This document shows positions 61,569-64,000 of a stretch of 64,000 nucleotides of DNA, piece after piece. A program made the translations under genes and the position numbers. Numbering within the stretch: position 1 is the stretch's first letter; the number at the start of each line of letters is the position of its first letter. Origin of the DNA: Candidatus Aminicenantes bacterium (GTDB lineage Bacteria > Acidobacteriota > Aminicenantia > Aminicenantales > Saccharicenantaceae); assembly GCA_963725825.1 (NCBI GenBank), contig CAVSAI010000029.1:131765-195764 (forward strand). Direction: 5' to 3'. The notes under the pieces are model-generated. The model was not told the origin of the DNA, searched no databases, and saw only the letters and a program-made list of their open reading frames with translations.

Positions 61569-62867
61569 TCAATCCTTTTCGAGCCCGGCCAAGGCCTCGA
61601 CGAGGCGTCCGGCCGTGGCGGCGTTGTCGTAATGGGCGAAGCTCGCCCGGCAGATGCCCTCGGGCCGCCCGAGGTGCCGGACGACGGCCGCGGAATAATG
61701 GTTGCCGTCGGCGATCTGGATCGAGGACCCGGTCCAAAGCCTGCGCTTGGCCTCGGTCGGGGAGAGGCCTGCGACGTCGAAGGCGAAGGTCGGGACTCGC
61801 TCCCGGGCGCGGGCCGGGTCGGCGATGCCGAACAGCCGGAAACGGGGCAGGCGGAGACTTCGGAAACACTCGAGCACCCGGCAGGTGACGGCCGCTTCGT
61901 ACTCGGCGATCGAGGCCATGGCGTGACGGAACTTCGACGCTCTGTCGGGAAAGACCTGATGAGGTCCGGCCGAGAGGTCCGCTAGCCAAAGGATGTACTC
62001 CAGGGCCGCCCCGAGGGAGGCGATCGAGGCATTGTTGAGCATGCCCATCTCGAACTTTCCGGGCAAGGCATCCTTGTTCGTTTCGACGCGATAAGGCCGG
62101 AGCCTTTCGAGGATCTCCTCCCGGCCCCAGAGGACCCCCATCATCGGGCCGAACACCTTGTATCCCGAGAAGACGAGGAAGTCGACACCGGTCGCTCGGA
62201 CGTCGAGGACCCCGTGCGGGGCGTGATGGACGGCGTCGACGGCCACGAGACAGCCGACGGCCCTGTCGTGCACGGCGGCCGCGAGCTCTTTCAGGGGCAC
62301 CAGGGAGCCGTTCCCGTTCGAAGCCGAGGTCACGGCGACGAGCCCGGTCCGGGCGTCGACGAGCGACAGGAAGTGCGGCAGGTCGAGCGTCCCGTCACTC
62401 GCGAGCCTGGCCCGGCGGATCTCGAGGCCGAGACCTTCCCCGAAGACGGTCTCCCAGGGCGAGACGTTGGCCATGTGATCGAGGTCGGTCACGACGAGGT
62501 TCGCGGAAGGCCCGAGGGCTCCGCGGAGCGCGAAGGCCAGGTCGAAGAGGGCCGCGGTGGATGACAGGTGGAAGCTGATCTCGCGGCCGGAGCTGGCATG
62601 GAGGAAATCGGCGGTGAGGTCGCGCACCCGAGAGTGCAGGGCGGCCGTCTCGGCTTCCCCGGCGACCACGACGCCCGGCATGGGGTTGAGCCGGCCCTGG
62701 GCATTCCGGGCGGCCTCGGCGGCCGTGTCGACGGTCAGGCTCCCGGCTCCCGTATTGAGGTAGATGCGGGGCTGGCCCTTCGAATCGCGATCGATCATCG
62801 GGAACCGGGCCCGGATCCGGGGGTTCAGGGCCTCCAGAGGATTCAAGGAGTCTTGCTCGGTCATCAT
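61569..62867 (-). CDS. class V aminotransferase / cysteine desulfurase-family PLP enzyme
   Basis: DAVHHAPHG and FLVFSGYKVFGP (PLP lysine). Start at the MM pair 62864/62867 with a GAAGGTGA SD. Confidence 0.85.
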   Translation of the reverse strand: MMTEQDSLNPLEALNPRIRARFPMIDRDSKGQPRIYLNTGAGSLTVDTAAEAARNAQGRLNPMPGVVVAGEAETAALHSRVRDLTADFLHASSGREISFHLSSTAALFDLAFALRGALGPSANLVVTDLDHMANVSPWETVFGEGLGLEIRRARLASDGTLDLPHFLSLVDARTGLVAVTSASNGNGSLVPLKELAAAVHDRAVGCLVAVDAVHHAPHGVLDVRATGVDFLVFSGYKVFGPMMGVLWGREEILERLRPYRVETNKDALPGKFEMGMLNNASIASLGAALEYILWLADLSAGPHQVFPDRASKFRHAMASIAEYEAAVTCRVLECFRSLRLPRFRLFGIADPARARERVPTFAFDVAGLSPTEAKRRLWTGSSIQIADGNHYSAAVVRHLGRPEGICRASFAHYDNAATAGRLVEALAGLEKD

Positions 62868-62923
62868 GTCACCTTCGCACGGACAGAACACTCTAGTCCA
62901 AACCACCCTTGAATTCAACCGGG

Positions 62924-62952
62924 TTGACTTATCGCGGCGGGATGATTTACTA
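62924..62952 (+). promoter_or_regulatory. sigma70-like promoter of the GH2 gene
   Basis: TTGACT (62924-62929), N17, TTACTA (62947-62952). AGGAGAG SD before the ATG at 62975. Confidence 0.5.
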
Positions 62953-62974
62953 ATGCTCCGATAGGAGAGTGGAT

Positions 62975-64000
62975 ATGAAAAACTCGGCTGCCGTCCTGGC
63001 ACTGATCATCGCTATCTTGGGCAGCGGGACCTCCTGCAAGAAGGAGGAGCCGCCGGTCACTTGGACGCCGGTGACGGGGAGGATCATGACCCGCTGGGCG
63101 ACCGATGTCCGGCCGGACCTGGTCCTTCCGGAATATCCCCGGCCGACGATGGTCCGGGAGAGATGGCTCAACCTCAACGGCCTCTGGGATTATGCGATCA
63201 CGGCCAAGGATGCCGGGCGGCCTGAGGTCTGGGACGGCGCGATCCTCGTTCCCTTTGCCGTCGAGTCGGCGCTGTCGGGCGTCGGCAAGCCGGTCGGATC
63301 GGCCAAGGCGCTATGGTACCGCCGGACCCTTATTATCCCCCGAAAGTGGCGGAGCGGACGGGTCCTCCTTCACTTCGGGGCCGTGGATTGGGAGAGCACG
63401 GTCTGGGTCAACGGCCGCGAGGTCGGAACCCACCGCGGCGGCTACGATCCGTTCACCTACGACATCCGCGATGCCTTGAAGCGGGGGAAGAAGCAGGAGA
63501 TCATCGTGCGGGTCTTCGATCCGACCGATGACGACAACAGCGGCATCGCCCGCGGCAAGCAGGTCATGGCCCCCCACGGCATCTTCTACACCGCCGTGAC
63601 GGGGATCTGGCAAGCCGTGTGGCTCGAGCCTGTTCCGGCCGCCCACATCGCGGGGATCAAGACGAGGCCCGATATCGACAAGGCGACCCTGACGGTCGAG
63701 CCCGAGATCGCCGGGGCCGCCGACGGGACGAGAGTCTCCGTGACCGTCAGCCGGGGCCGGGACGTGATCGCCAAGGCCGAGGCGCCCACCGGCGCCCCGA
63801 TCGCTCTCGGGATCCCCAGCCCGGCGCTCTGGTCGCCTTCCGACCCGGCCCTTTATGATCTCAAGGTCGTTCTCAAGAAAGGCCGCAAGACCGTCGACCA
63901 GGTCGGGAGCTACGCCGGGATGCGCAAGATCGCCTTGGGCAAGGACGAGCGCGGCTTCAACCGGCTCTTCCTGAACAATGCGCCGCTCTTCGAATTCGGG
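62975..64000 (+). CDS. glycoside hydrolase family 2 protein, N-terminal part (runs off the window end)
   Basis: Not in the ORF track because there is no stop in the window. My translation reads MKNSAAVLALIIAILGSGTSC...LNGLWDYAI...VPFAVESALSGV...LLHFGAVDWESTVWVNGREVGTHRGGYDPFTYDI, the GH2 sugar-binding domain signature. Confidence 0.8.
   Translation, partial: MKNSAAVLALIIAILGSGTSCKKEEPPVTWTPVTGRIMTRWATDVRPDLVLPEYPRPTMVRERWLNLNGLWDYAITAKDAGRPEVWDGAILVPFAVESALSGVGKPVGSAKALWYRRTLIIPRKWRSGRVLLHFGAVDWESTVWVNGREVGTHRGGYDPFTYDIRDALKRGKKQEIIVRVFDPTDDDNSGIARGKQVMAPHGIFYTAVTGIWQAVWLEPVPAAHIAGIKTRPDIDKATLTVEPEIAGAADGTRVSVTVSRGRDVIAKAEAPTGAPIALGIPSPALWSPSDPALYDLKVVLKKGRKTVDQVGSYAGMRKIALGKDERGFNRLFLNNAPLFEFG

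Overview
GC-rich bacterial chromosomal segment with strong GC3 bias, near-consensus sigma70-type -35/-10 boxes and mostly AAGGAG-type Shine-Dalgarno sites. I call about 50 protein genes and one tRNA-Arg(ACG). I see no rRNA, CRISPR array, transposase, integrase or phage genes. Many long ORFs in the track are antisense or 5'-extended artefacts of the high GC content; true starts were re-set using SD sites and signal peptides.

Gene content:
- Housekeeping: proS (archaeal/eukaryote-like type), pcm, rpsO-pnp, skp/ompH, tRNA-Arg.
- A dense set of exported or lipoprotein hydrolases: D-aminoacylase, M23, M24, M28, M54, C69 and two S9 peptidases, plus GH78, GH42 and GH2.
- Rhamnose catabolism (rhaB, rhaA, GH78 rhamnosidase).
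- c-di-GMP-type signalling parts: an HD-GYP protein and two PilZ-like small proteins.
- Three tandem GspG-like pseudopilins.
- A duplicated ABC ATPase/permease operon.
- A CPA2 antiporter.
- Four different aminotransferase fold classes.

The most unusual locus is a minus-strand operon (about 23.0-29.6 kb). It holds three translationally coupled alkaline-phosphatase-superfamily (NPP-like) paralogs predicted to sit in three different locations: cytoplasmic, membrane-hairpin tethered and Tat-exported. These are followed by a small RHH protein and a multi-pass membrane protein whose N-terminal layout recalls DUF106/Oxa1-superfamily insertases.

Other points worth follow-up:
- An HD-GYP/HEAT pair inserted inside the rhamnose cluster.
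- A LuxR regulator with a receiver domain lacking the phospho-acceptor residues.
- An unannotated 54-aa ORF whose promoter shares a 13-nt spacer core with the rpsO promoter.
- Several probable leaderless transcripts.
- A low-GC tRNA flank encoding a small secreted peptide.

All functional calls rest on motif recognition by eye; no searches were run. The lineage guess (uncultured Acidobacteriota/Aminicenantes-like heterotroph) is inference only.
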